A stretch of DNA of 64,000 bases from Camelus ferus. Lineage: Eukaryota. The notes beneath the pieces were generated by a model. It was given only the letters and a program-made list of their open reading frames with translations, searched no databases and was not told the origin of the DNA. How positions within the stretch are numbered: position 1 is the stretch's first letter; every line of letters starts with the position of its first letter. Position numbers and translations under genes: made by a program. Location: the NCBI RefSeq assembly GCF_009834535.1, contig NC_045697.1, positions 96,846,001 to 96,910,000 on the forward strand, given 5' to 3'. This document shows, piece after piece, positions 26,167 through 40,169 of the stretch.

Positions 26167-28093
26167 AAGTAGTCAGAACCAAAAAATGTCGCAATTCTTT
26201 AAAAAAAAAAAGAAAAAGAAAGAGCGAGCGATATGACCCCGGGTCTTAATAGAGTCGTTGCATTCTAAAATGAGGATTATAAAAATAAGTGGGCATTCAT
26301 TTAAAACAATACATGGGTAAAATTCTATATAGATTTCTGTATTTACTATAACCCAAACAATACTGCTATTTTCAAGGTGTCTTAGCTAATGATAATCTAA
26401 CATATTTTTCATGGCTTTTCTAGGGGGAAAACATCATTGATACACTGATCAATGTTATAGTATTCTATTCTTTTACAGTAACAACAACATTTTCTGGCAC
26501 TCCCAGAAACAAAGCACTTAATTTTAGAAGCCAAAAGATAAACTGCCTTAAAAAAAGGAAAACCCCAAAGTAAGTCTTGGTTAATGACTAGCTATGTTAA
26601 AAGTGAGTCATGTAAAAGTTAACAATGTACTGGTTTTTTTTTTTTTTTTTGACTACTAAGGTCTCTAAAATAGCTATGGCACTTCTATTCTCTTCATTTA
26701 GAAACATTAGCACCTAAGCATCTCACAGAGCTGCTGAGAAAAGTAGCCATTTGTTCATCTGCTCTTTTTATTTTTGTTAGAAAAGGCATAGCAGTGTGTG
26801 CAGTTTTTAAGGTGCTATCCTGCTATTATACACTGGCAGTGAATCACGTTGCTGAATTTATGCCTCACCCCCTAACTGTGTGATAATGCGGTCCTTTGAT
26901 ATGAATCTTATTCTTTTGAAATTTGTCACATCCAAAACCAGCACTTCTTTTTTTAAACTAACAGTAACTCTTCATACCCATAAGGCAATTGAAAACAAAA
27001 ATGGACGGGAAAATAGAAATCAAGCATTTAAAAAAATTAAGCTACCTTAATTTGTATTCCACACTTCATTCCAAAAAATGATCTTGTGTATGTTTCCTGA
27101 CTTTCATTTGGAACGCAAATTGTAGACACTGGAGAAGGAAAGGGTGCATCAATCAAATAACTTCTGTGCTTGCTCTCAGAGCAAAGCCACACTGAGACGG
27201 TGTGAGTGCTTTGAACCATACCTAGCTTTAATGTTTCTACCCTTGAATCCTTAATCAAATAGATTGCCTCATCAGAGATTTTTTTTGTACACTTGCTTAA
27301 ATTTTAATTTTCCTTTAACAAAGCAAAAGCCCACATTTCCCACAAATATGTTTCATGCACTACATGGTACTTAAATCTTTGATAAGAACTGTTTATTTCT
27401 TTTTTGTTACTAAATATATATATATACACACACACACACACATTTTTCCTCTCTGTCATTTTCCCTCATTTTCTCTCTCTCTCTTTCTCATTATCTCTTA
27501 CATCTATGTTCTCTTAATTCTCTTTTTGTGTATTCCATATTCTAAAATACTGAATTATCAAGTATACTGAAGCAAGCATAGAAAACTTCTCTTCCATTTT
27601 TATAGATGACACTGATTTAAATTCATGCACTATTTTTTTAAACCTAGAATTAAAAAAATAATTTTATTCATAATAACATTCTAAGGGCTAAATGAAATCT
27701 GAATATCAGCCTTTAGGATTCTTATCTTTTATAATACCTTTGTCTGAATTGTCCCTGATGCATAGTGGAGAAGATTCTTTTGAAAATAACCCTTCTTTGT
27801 CACAATTCAGAAAACAAAATGTGAATTATCCACATAACATTTTTTTAGTTTTATAATAATGGAAAGTAAATGTCCTCAATATTTACTTAATTGCTTTAAG
27901 ACAGCAATTACATTTTTGAAAGTTCATGATAATTATTGAATCTAATTTAACATAGGCATTTTTCATTATATTAGAAAATTTCTATAAATATTTTATTTCA
28001 ACAATAATATCCCATTAATTTTGTGTATACAACTTATTTTAACTTTCTAAAATTATAAATAATTTGGAAATTATACTGTAATATAAAATATTT

Positions 28094-28867
28094 TTCTTTA
28101 TTGAGATAAAATTGACATAAAATTGTAAGATATTTAAAGTGTATGTCATAGTGATTTTATACATATATACACTGTGCAAGAACTCCTATCATCTAGTTAA
28201 TTAACATATTTATCACCTCACATATTTACCTTTTTGTTTTTTGATGAGAACACCTAAGTTCTACTCTCTCAGCAAATTTAAATTATATATACAGTGTTAT
28301 CAACTACAGTTGCCATATTTTACATTAGATCTTTAGAGTTTATTCATCTTATAGCTAAAGTCTGTACTCTTTTACTGATCTCTCCCTAATTTCCTCCCTA
28401 CCTCCTGCCTAGCCCCTGGCAACCACTTTTCTACTCTGTATTTCTACGAATTTGACTTTTTTTTTTTTTTTTAAGATTCCATATATAACACCATGCAGTA
28501 TTTGCCTTTCTTTATTTGGCTTATTTTACTCAGCATGATGTCCTCAAGGTCCATCTACAGTGTCTTAGTGTCAGGATTTCCTTCTTTCCCATGGCTTAAT
28601 AATATTCCATTGTAAACACACACATACCACATCTTCTTTATCCATTCATCCATTGATGGACACTTAGGTTATTTCCATATCTTCACTATTGTGAATAATG
28701 CTGCAGTGATCATGGGAGTGCAAATATCTCTTCAATATTCTGTTTTTATTTCCTCTGGCTATATACTCAGAAGTGGGATTACTGGATCATATGGTAGTTC
28801 CTTTAATATTTTGAGGAACCTCAATCCTGTTTTCCATAGTGGCTGTACCAGTTAACATTCTTATATG
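28094..28867 (-). mobile_element. 5'-truncated L1MA-type element with TSD
   Basis: L1 3'UTR and ORF2 tail in antisense (ttcatccattgatggacacttaggttatttcca, ggattactggatcatatggtagttc); TSD atataaaatattt at 28081-28093 and 28868-28880. Confidence 0.85.
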
Positions 28868-29659
28868 ATATAAAATATTTCATGTATTTTCAATTCCTTT
28901 TTTAAAGCAGACCATTAGGACAGGGATCACTGACATAATAGATATTCATGATTTTAAGATTCTTGTCATTTCTACAAAGTTAGGTTAAGTCTTGGGGCAA
29001 GACTTAAATATAGTTTAAGTCATTATGAACCAAGTCCAAAACCTTGGAATCTGTCATTGCTGAAGAGAGGACCATGGAGAGGTTCATTTGCCACTTCCCC
29101 AGAGTAAAAGGTACAACTTTGGAACAGTAATCAGAGAAGCTGTGTTAACCAAGGGAGGTGTTTCCCTTTGGAGGTTTTCATTGCAATGAAACTCTCAGGA
29201 AATGCAAGCACATGAGCCATTAAACAGATTCCTTTGATGTCGATCCCACTGTATATATGTACAAGTTAAATTGCAACAATTGAATAACATAATCTCAATG
29301 TAAGATAGAGAGAAATAAAAGTTAATCAATATTCTGAATGTTATATGTTAAATATTATTTAATCATTCCACGTTTGATAATAATACTAGTATTCCATTAC
29401 TACTGTAACAATCTCTACATACTTTGTTATTATAATTTTCATTTACTGTTTCTCATGTAAAGGATATACTGAGAATCTTTAATTCATGTGAATGTCTGTA
29501 TACAGTATTTATACGACTGAGTCATGTTATCATTGGGTGACATAAAACAAAAAGATGAAGAACCACTTATGTGACTCCTAGTGTTTTGTGTGTTTGGTGA
29601 CCCCAGTGCTTTCTACTTTCTCTTAAAGATATTCTAATAGTTTAGGTTTTAGATCTTAT

Positions 29660-31017
29660 AACATTCACAAAAATTAACTCTTGATGGATTAAGGACTTAA
29701 GTGTAAGTCCTAAAACGATTAAACTCCCATTAAAAAAAAAAAAACATAGAAAAAAGCTCCTTGATGTTGGTCTTGGCAATAACCTTTTGGATTTTGCACC
29801 TAAAGCAAAGCAACAAAATAAAAAATAAACAAGTGGAACTACATAAGACTAAAAACCCTCTGCACAGAAAAAGAAACTATCATCAAAGTGAAAAGACAAC
29901 CTACAGAATGGGAAAAACATTTGCAAACCATATATCTGATAAAAGGTTAATATCCAAAATATATAAAGGACTCATAGAACTCAATGGCAAAAAAACAAAT
30001 ATAATTAAAAATGGGCAAAGAACCTGACTAGATTTTTTTCCAAAGAAAATATATAAATGGCCAACAGAAATGTGAATAATGCTCAACATAACTAGTCATT
30101 AAGGAAGTGCAAATTAAAATCAAACTGAGATTTCACCTCATGCTTGTTAGGATGGCCATCATCAAAAAGACAAGATAAACAAATGCTAGCATGGATGTGG
30201 AGAAAAGGAAATCCTTGTGCACTGTTGAGGGGAGGTTGTAAATTGGGACACCAGTATGGTAAACAGTATAGAGATTCCACAAAAATTTAAAATGTAACTA
30301 TCATATGATCCAGCAAATTCCACTTCTGGGAATATATTCAAAGGAAATAAAAACACTAACTCAAAGAGATACCTGTTCAGAGCAGCATTATTTACAACAG
30401 CCAAGACATGGAAACAACCTAAGTTGTCCATCCATTGATAAATGAATAAAGAAGTGTGTATATATACACTCACAATGGAATATTTTCCAGTTATAAAAAA
30501 TGAGGAAATCCTACAATTTGCAACAACATGGATGATCCTTAAAGGCATTATGCTAAATGAAATACATCAAGCAGAGAAAGACAAACACTGTATGATCTCA
30601 CTTCTATGTGGATTATAAAAGAAAACAAGAACAAAAAGCTCAAATTCATAGAAAAAGAGTCCAGATTTGCTGTTACCAGAGGCAGGAGGTGGAGTTAGGG
30701 GAAGGAGATTTAGAGGAAGGTAGTTAAAAGGTACAAACTTTCACTTATAAGCTAAAAACTGGGGATGGAATATACAACGTGATGACCAGTTAACACTGCT
30801 GTATAATATATTGTCGTTAAGAGAGTAGATTCTAAGAGTCTTCATCACAGGAGAATTTTTTTCTTTTCTTTTTATTTTATGTATATGAGGCAATGGATGT
30901 TAACTAAACCTTTGTGGTCATCATGACATAATATATGTAAATCAGATCACTGTGCTCTACATTTTAAGCTAATAGAACGATGTATATTAATTATTTATCA
31001 AAATTAGAAAAAAATAA
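29660..31017 (+). mobile_element. L1MA/MB-type ORF2 3' part and 3'UTR
   Basis: Remnant ORF2 peptide GKTFANHISDKRLISKIYKGLIELN; gcagcattatttacaacagccaagacatggaaacaacctaag; L1 3'UTR. Confidence 0.85.
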
Positions 31018-31512
31018 GATTTGGGCAGTCAAAAATATATCACTAGACTGCATATACCCACTCTTCTTCACCTTTTCATACTTCTTTCTTAGGTTTGAGG
31101 CTTTGGGGAGTTTATTCATGGTGTGTATTTTAAGACTCCAGAAAGACACTTGGAGGACTGTAATGGTAAGAAGAGACAAGAACACTTAACAGCAGAGTTA
31201 AGCACAAGCCTGTCCCTCTCTTAGGAAACATAGCCCACTGAGGGGAGGAGCTGGGTTTCATCCCTGGTGTGCTTTGTTTATGGCATATCAAATGACAAAT
31301 CAAAGCTACAAAGAACTCAGAAAAAGGGTATTTGAGAGCTGAGATTGCTCCAAATCTATTCAAAACCAGGCTAATCAAAGTAAGACTGTTTTACCTATTG
31401 GGGAATTATAAAAATTATAAATAATGTCTTTGCTTTTTCCCCAAGGGGTAAATTTCTAAGGCATTGCTTCTATATTTAAGTCATTGACAAGGCAGTTAGA
31501 ATGATGTCATTT

Positions 31513-31554
31513 ACACATACATACACACACACAACACACACACACACACACACA
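31513..31554. repeat. (CA)n microsatellite
   Basis: Directly visible, imperfect. Confidence 0.9.
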
Positions 31555-33819
31555 ACTTTCCACATTAATATAACCTCTCAGGTATTTTTATCTTAGTATT
31601 ATTATCTTAGAATTAATTAAGATGAGGAAATGAGAGAGATCTGTAAATGAAAAGTCTTTAATTCAGAATCTTTGAACTTGAGTTAAGACTAGACAGAAAG
31701 GTGGTTAGAGTAGTCAAGGAGACTTGTGATGTGGGAAGGAGAAACAGTGCAGAGCCTTTGGGTAGCTCTACAAGTCAGCATTTCATTATGTAGTGACTGA
31801 TGCTATAATCCTTTATTTTATTTAGCTGTATATTATTACATTTATTCATATTTGGGGTCAGTGAGACAAACATAAGCAGATTATATGTAAATACAACTTT
31901 ATAATATTATTGTACCAGGATATTCTGTTTATTTCTCATGGGTTAATTTAAATAATATCACTTGATAGTTTTTATTTATTGTGGGTAGTTATGTCCTTTC
32001 TTGTTCTTCATTATTCTCACTCCCAATTAATCTACAGGGTGGGGTCCACTAGGAACTGTTTATTGAGAGTTAAATACATACTTATTGATTTTAGTTCAAG
32101 TGCTTTGACATATCTTCAAAATGTGATATACTTTAATGAAGATAGATAGTAGATAACATATCCATTGTGAAACATCAAGAAAAGTAAATATTGAATACTT
32201 TTCAAATTGAGAGGAAAAAAATTCAAATAAGTTCAAATAATTCTCTTCAGGGAGAGATGGACAAAAAAATCAGCTTGTTTTCATTTGTTGGAAAAACACT
32301 CTGAAGAATGGGTTGTAAGAGCCTCGCACTGTATGCAACACATAATAGTAGATCATATCTCTTTTTGTTTCCTCCACCACAGTCACTGCTCAAACCAGTT
32401 TGTTTATGGGAGGCCTCATTAATGGCTCTTTACAGCTGACCCCTGCTGTAGAGGGTATTACCACTCCACAGGTTTCTATCACACAATTTTCTGGGTATGT
32501 CAAAAGCGTATGTCAGAGCAGAAAGGGCAGAGATAAACCTTGGGGATTCTAAAGAGTGACACCTGGCTGGAATTCAATTTGTCAGGAAATGTAAAGCTGT
32601 GTTGCAACGCACCAAGAAGCTTGGGTTAGCTTAAAATGACTCATTTACTAGAGTTTAAAATTAACTCTAAGGACCGTCTGTGACAGCGTTCAAACTCTGT
32701 ACAAACATAATGCTGAAATATTTAAACCCAGTGCAAATTACGTTTTGATTCAAGACAATGAATATGCTTAATTAAACTGGCACTGAAAATGTAAATATTT
32801 TAGCTAGCATCATATTAACGCTAAAACCCTGGGAATTAAATTGTACATTTCTAATCTTTCATAATGATGAAATTCAAAATGTTATTGTTGTGTTTATAAA
32901 GGACTCTATTGTTAGGCAGCATATTCATTATGAGACAATGGTTACACATCTAATTCCACAGCAGGGAAGGGATTCAATGGTTCAATATTGCATACAACAA
33001 CAATAAGAGATTTTACCAAAAAATCAATACGATGTAATATTGGATTCCAAATTCTGAAGTCATGGAAAGAAAGAAGATATCACAACCAGCTGACATTTAT
33101 AATTATAGTCACATTGCATCTTAGTGCACTCTGTAAGCAAATTTTTTGGTAATAAAATAAACTGGCATTCCAATTAACTAAACTAAAACCAGGGGCCATT
33201 TCAGGAGAAAAATGTAATGCTTTACCTAAGAACTAGCAGCAAACAACTACAAAATAAAAATAACAAGTCTAACACAACCTTGATTTTTCTAAAGTGTGGG
33301 AATGGGAATCTTCACTAATGAAACAGTCCCTTATCATTTTATGCAAAGACATTTTGCCTTCTTTTGATCTAGTGTTGTCTATACTTTGTTCAACAATTTG
33401 TATAAAGACAAAACATGGTAACTGGATATCTCTTTGCCCACTATGGGAAAAATCAATGCTATGAAAATTATTTTAAAATCAGAAATTCAAAGTTTGGTTG
33501 TCTTTTGTTGAATTTTAAATATAGTCTTAAATGCTGGTGGAAATCTGTTGATATTTTAAAACATTTAGTGAGTTGATATTTTAAAACATTAGAAAGTGAG
33601 ATATCATGCATCTGTAGCATTTAAATTTATTAATCTTCTCTTTCATATGGTTAACTTCCCACCCTATCCCATAGCTACCCACAGGATTATCTTCAGAGTG
33701 TGTCTGTTCTCCTGTTCATTTACCTGTATTTTCTTTAATCACATGTGTGAGAGAGAAAAAAATCAAACGGATTTTTAAAGAAAATAATTTGTGTACATCA
33801 GCATTGTTAACAACACCCT

Positions 33820-34353
33820 TGTGATAGGTAGTTTCTAACATGATCCCCAATAATCCCTGCCTCTTTTTTTTTATCATTCCCTTGTATAATCCCCTCTCTT
33901 TGAAAGTGACCTAGACTTAGGGACTTAAATGAAGCAAAAGTGAGGGGACAGAATTCCCAAGATTAAAAAGAAAGTGACTTCAGCCTTGGGTGCCCTCTCT
34001 TGCTCTTTTGTTCACGTACTCAGAGAGAATCCAGCTACCTGCTATGTTTTCATCTGTGACATGGAGAGGGCTTCACGACAAAGAATTAAGGTGGTCCTTC
34101 AACCAATAACTGGTGATGAATTGAATCCTGTCGGTTCCCACATGCATGAGTGTGGAAAGCAAGTCCTCTCCCAGACACATATTCAGATGCAACTACAACC
34201 CCATCCTACATCATGATTGCAGCTTTCTGGGAGACCTCGAAACAGAGATAAGTCACACTTGGATTCCTTATTCACAGAAACAGCCAATGTTCGTTGTTTT
34301 AAGCCACTGAGTTTTGGGGTCATTTCTTATGTTAACAATAGATAGCTAATACA
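33820..34353 (+). mobile_element. MLT1 (MLT1F-like) solo LTR
   Basis: Begins tgtgataggtagtttctaacatgatcccca and ends gttgttttaagccactgagttttggggtcattt...atagatagctaataca (TG...CA). Confidence 0.8.
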
Positions 34354-35674
34354 ACTTTTTCACCCTCACATCTCATATAGAACCTGTCAATCACTGAACA
34401 ACATTTACTGAGTCAACAATAGGTGTTCAAAGGAAATCTAAAATTTAGTTTCTGATGTTGAGCTAAGTAACCAAGATCAAGATTCATTTCCTTCCTGTTG
34501 ATTAGTGACTCTGCGGGCAGCTGATACTGCAGAGTGCCACAAATCATACTGTCATTTTATACTTTATATTAATTGTCAAAAACTTTTAATATGACATTTT
34601 AAAGAAGTATAAGAAGTATTGGACACAGGTTAATTTTATTTTTCAATTTCTATAGCCCAAGGGGTTTTGACCTAAGCCACAGTGTCTTTAGAAATCAGTC
34701 CTAGATATAAAAAGATTCTGAAAATAAGAACTAAGTTTCTTCCCCTTTCAGGTATCACCACACAAACCTCCCACTCTGAGCCTGATAGATATCAACACAA
34801 ATGTAGGTATAGATATAAAACTTCAACTACCATAGTTACCAAGTATTTTGAACATCTCAAGTATATAGGTTATCTACTGACTGACACGCCAAAAGTCAAA
34901 TATAGAGTAGCATGGTTAGAAATAATTCCATGAAAAGGATTCTGTAGAACCCATAAGGTGCCAAACAGAATCACTGAAGGGAAGAAGTCTAAGAGGAGGA
35001 TGGAGGATTATTGTGGTAAAAGTCCCCTTACTTTAAAACAAAGTTTTTAAACTATGAAAATGATAGCACCTGCACACACAGATGCACACTCGTTCCCTGG
35101 TTAGAAATGGATAGGAAAATGTTGGTCCTGATGCTGATCTGATTCTACACCATCCAGTCATTTATTTGTCTCTGTAAACAAATAAAGATAAACTGAAGTG
35201 GCCCTAGGGACTTCTATGTGACCACCATAATCACTAATGTAAGTCACCTTTTGCATTCTCAAGTTTGTGAGGATGTAACTGGAAATATGTAGAAAAAATT
35301 AGACAACTTGGCTTTTAAAACCGAAATAAAAAAATAAACATAAAACACAGAATCTGTAAAAGATTCCACTTAAAAGCAAGAACTGTGCAAAACTAATACA
35401 TGGATTTAGATATAAGCATTACTTTTTTCTTATAACAACTATCTTTATAAAATGAAACCTTTTTCTATCGCTGTGACACATGCCATTAAAACATTAAACC
35501 TAAAAACAGGATCCTTAGTCCCTGCCACTTTATTCATATTTGTTTTGTTTGTTTGTTTGCATCCATTAGTGGAAAAAAAGAAAACCTAAGGCTTGAAGTA
35601 ACTTTTATAATAACTGACAACATAACTATTACAAATATTAGCTGATTAATATCTCAACATGAAACAAAGATGAG

Positions 35675-35897
35675 GCTCACTATGGTATATATGAAAGTTG
35701 TTAAGAGAGTAGATTCTAAGAGTTCTCATCACAAGGAAAAAAGATCCCATTTTTTAGGTATCTATATGTGATGATGGATGTTAACCAAACTCATTGTGGT
35801 AATCATTTCACAATATATGTAAGTCAAATTATTATACTGTACACCTTAAACTTATACAGTGTTATATGTCAATTGCATCTCAACAAAATTTCAGGGA
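35675..35897 (+). mobile_element. Short L1MA 3' end with probable TSD
   Basis: gttaagagagtagattctaagagttctcatcacaagg...ctgtacaccttaaacttatacagtg; flanks aaacaaagatgag / aaatagagatgag. Confidence 0.75.
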
Positions 35898-36399
35898 AAA
35901 ATAGAGATGAGAAGATCATATTATAACCAGAGCTGTTTTATCTTTTACTTATCTCTTGCTGTTTATAGCCAAGGAGTTTACTGGTAGCTTAGTCAGACTA
36001 ATTTGTTAGGTAATATCACAATCACACTGCAAGTGTGTCTACCATTATCCATATGCATAGTAAGTAGCTCTTTCTTATTCAATAGCTGCTCAATATACTG
36101 TATACATGCACACCAACACACCCACATGACTAATTTTACTAATTTATGAATGAAAATGGTAGACACGTACCATATAAACTTCTTTGCACAAAGTCTAAGA
36201 CTCTTTTTTGGTGTCTTATTATTGCCACACTATAAAATGTATTTCCAGTTACATTGGCTAAAGTTCAAATAACTTGTCCTAACTACTGCACTAGGGTTTG
36301 AGGCTTCCCTATTTAATTATTAATTTATGTAGATTACATTGCTTAAGATTCCTTGAAAAGTATACAAGGCAACATAATTAATAATTACCATTAAAATTT

Positions 36400-38830
36400 A
36401 TTTTTATAATGATAAAACGACCAATCAATCATAAAGACATAAGAATAGTAAATTGTGGGTGTATGCTACCAAACAAGAGAGCCTAAAAATACACACACCA
36501 AAAACAGAACCCGAAGAGAAACAGACAAACCCACAATCACAGTTAGGGATTTCAATATCCCTCTCTTGTCAACTGATAGAGCTACTAAACAGAAAATCAA
36601 TAAGTATATAGAAAAAATGGATTACACTCAACCACCAGGATCTAACATATAGAACACTCCAGCCAACAACAGCAGAATATACATTTTTTTTCCCGAAGAT
36701 ATTCACCAACATAGACTATATCATGGGCCAAAAACAAATTTCAACAAACTGAAACTAAAATTATGCAGATTATGTTCTCTGACTATAATGGAATCAAAAT
36801 AGAACTCAATAACTGAAGGATAAGAGGAAATCTCCAAACACATGACAATGAACAACACACTTCTAATTAATCCATGAGGCCAACAGAAAGTGTCAAAAGG
36901 AAGTTTAAAAAATCTATGTAGAACTGAATGAAAATAAAAGATATTAAAATATGTGGAATTCAACTAACAGTGCTAAAAGAGAAATTTATGGCACTAAATG
37001 CTTACCTTAGACACAAGGTAGGTTCTCAAACCAATAACATGTATTCTACCTTCAGAAAAAAAAAAGTTACTGTAAAATAAAAACAAAGCAAACCAAAGGA
37101 AGGAAATAATAAAGATTAAGGCAAAAATTAATAAAATTTTCAATTTTCAATAGGAAACAATAGAAAAATCAATGAAGCTAATAGCTGGTTCTTTAAAAAA
37201 AGTCAGTGAAATTGAGTCACTCTGTCTGGTGTTAGGACTTATTATAAAGTGACTGTAATGAAGACAGTGTGGTATTGTTGGAGGACAGTCCCACAGATCA
37301 ATGAAACAGAATAGAGAACTGAAATATAGACCTATAAATATGTGCCTGAGACTGACAAAAATGCAAAAGCAATTCAATGGATAGAGTATAGAATTTTTAG
37401 TGAATAGTGTTGAAACAATTGGATATTTATAGGCAAAAAGAAAGAGGAAAAGGCAGAAAAGAACCTCAACTTAAATATCACACTGTAATACAAAAGTAAC
37501 TCAAAATGGATTATAAACTTACATGCAAAACATGAAACTGTATAACTTTTAGAAAAGTACATAAAAGAAATTCTTTGGGACCTGCAGCTAAGTGGCAAGT
37601 TCTTAGACTTGTTACCAAAGCACAATCCATTAAAAGAAAAAATCATAAATTGGACCTCATGAAAATTAAAAAAAAAAAACTTTTCTCTGTAAAAGATTCA
37701 GTAAAAAGGGTAAAAATCAAGCACAAACTGAGAAAAAATACTTTAAAGTCATATCCAACATAAGATATCTAGAATATGTAAAGAGCTCTTTAGTTAACAG
37801 TGAAAAAACAAATAATCCAATCAGAAAATAGAAGACAAAGCAGTTATTTAACTAAGAGGGTATAGAGATATCAGATAAACATATGAAAATATATTCAATA
37901 TTGCTAGTCATAAGAAAAATACAAATTAAAACCACATTAATATTTACTACACACCAATAAGAATGGCTAAAATCAAGTATAGTGATTATATCATATGCCA
38001 TCAAGGACGTCCAAGAATCAGATCCCTCATACATTGCTGGTGGGAATGTAAAATAGGACATGTATTCTGGAAAAGGTACGACATTTCTTAAAAAACGAAA
38101 CATCTGCTTATATATGACCAAGCAGTTCCACTCTTGGGCATTTATTCTAGAGAAGTGAAAATTTATGTTCAACCAAAATCATAGATAAATGTTCATTGCA
38201 GCTTTATTTTTAATAGTCCAAATCTGGAAACAACTAAATTCTTTCATTGTACGAATAGTTAAATATAGTACTACAGTTCACCTAATCCATGGAATACAAT
38301 GCAGTCTTAAAAAGGAACAGGATATTCATACATATGAAAATTTGGATAGATCATAAAAGAATTATGCTGAGTGATGGGAAAAAACTCAAAAGGTTGTATA
38401 TCATTGAATTCATATAACATTCTTGAAATGAAAAAATTATAAGGATGGAGAACAGGTAAGTGGTAATCAGGTATTAGGGAGAGGCAGAGGTAAGGAAGAG
38501 AGCTCTCATTATAGAAGGGTAGCAAGAGGAATCCTTATAACTGGAGTTATCCTGTATCTTGACTATGGTCATAGTCACACAGATAATATGATAAAATTGC
38601 AAGGAACTAAATACACATACAAACACACACAAATGAGTATATATAAAACTTGTCAAATCTGAATAAGGTCAGTGATGTATCAATGTCTATTTCTTGCTTC
38701 TGATATACTACAAGTAATGCAAGATATTGAGACTGGAAGGAACTGAGTAAAGTTTATACGGAATTGCTCTGACCTATTTATTAAAACTACATGTTAGTCT
38801 ACAACTATCTCAAAATAAACATTTTTAAAA
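36400..38830 (+). mobile_element. Old L1 (L1MC-like) with internal deletion of the RT region
   Basis: EN-domain remnants (DKPTITVRDFNIPLLSTDRA), then a jump near 37215 to the post-RT LYYKATVIKTVWY region; old L1 3'UTR. Confidence 0.8.
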
Positions 38831-38864
38831 AGTAATTTTAATGATAATCAGAATTAATGATAAT

Positions 38865-39100
38865 GATCATAATAGCTACTTACTAAGCATTATGTACAGT
38901 GCTAAGTCCTTATAATATCATTTTTTAATTGTTGTGAGAGCTCTATGAACCAGGTATATGTTATTAATCCCCATTCACAAATAAGAACATTGATGTTTTG
39001 GAAGTTAATAAAATTCACCTAAAAGGATAGAGCTTATTAGTAAAAAAGCAGGGATTTAAACTCATGGTTAGTTTGAGTACAGAGCTAAGGCTTTTGGCTA
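38865..39100 (-). mobile_element. MIR SINE
   Basis: aatagctacttactaagca...tattaatccccattcacaaataagaac...gcagggatttaaactca. Confidence 0.65.
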
Positions 39101-40169
39101 CAATACTTTTTGTTATGAAATAAAGTTAAGTTTATTATTTCTTATGTTCTTTATACTTGCACAATGGTTGGCAATAAATCTATAAATATTTATGAATAAA
39201 TGAACACAATCATTAAACCACCAAATTTTATTCTCTGAAAGCAAAAGAATAATGGCATAAGGGAAAGAAGCAAATTCCTTGTTCCTGCAAATCATGTAAT
39301 TTGGAACTCAGTGAACATTTGAACTTCAGTTTCTTGATTGCCTGACTAGAGAAATGGATGCTTCATATATCTTTTAGATCCTAACTTTCAAATATCAGAT
39401 GTCTCCAGCAAGTTTTTGGCATCATAGTTAATTTATGATTGACATTTTTAATGAGTGTCTGAAATGCCAATATTTTGTGCTGTTGATAAAAGGATCCATA
39501 TGCTTTACATTTCAGACACTCAGGCAGCTGAATTGACATTCTGTTGTGAAATGTTAAATTCCTAATATGATTCCAAATCTAGGCAGTAGGCTAACCCATT
39601 TCCATAAGGAACTTAGAATATGCTCAAGATTTTTCTCCTTATTTTCATCTGACACCAGGGGTTTTGAAATACCTAGGATGTGCAAATACAAATGTTATTA
39701 CAGATTAATCTTAATCAAGAATGACAAATGCTCTGTAGAATTAGCAACATTATTTGCTAGCACGAGGGACTGAGTTAGTAATTTTATATTGAAGAGCTCA
39801 GGAAACTCACTAGCACTTTAACAGGAACTTGTTCAGGTGTCAACTGTCCACATCAGGACTTCAGGAGAGCAGGGAGTTGGTGTGTTTCCCTTACCACACT
39901 ATTTCCAACATTTAGAACCGTGCTTGGCAAACAATGAGGGTAGTTGTAGCAACAAAGTAGCTGAAAAATAAACTAGTAAACATTATAAACAAGCATATTT
40001 AGATTTCCCCCCAACTATTGTATATTGATCTCAATTGCTGTGTTTATTTGAACCACATCCCAGTTAGTCTTCTCTCATTCTTTTCTTTAGAAAACAATGA
40101 GGTATAGTTGATTTACAATAATATATAAATTTCAGGTGTACAACATAATTCTGAATAGCTTTTGCCCAG

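Noticed and set aside
33547..33590. 19-bp direct repeat gttgatattttaaaacatt
   Set aside because: Simple local tandem duplication with no further structure (similar cases near 10509-10545 and 49350-49387).
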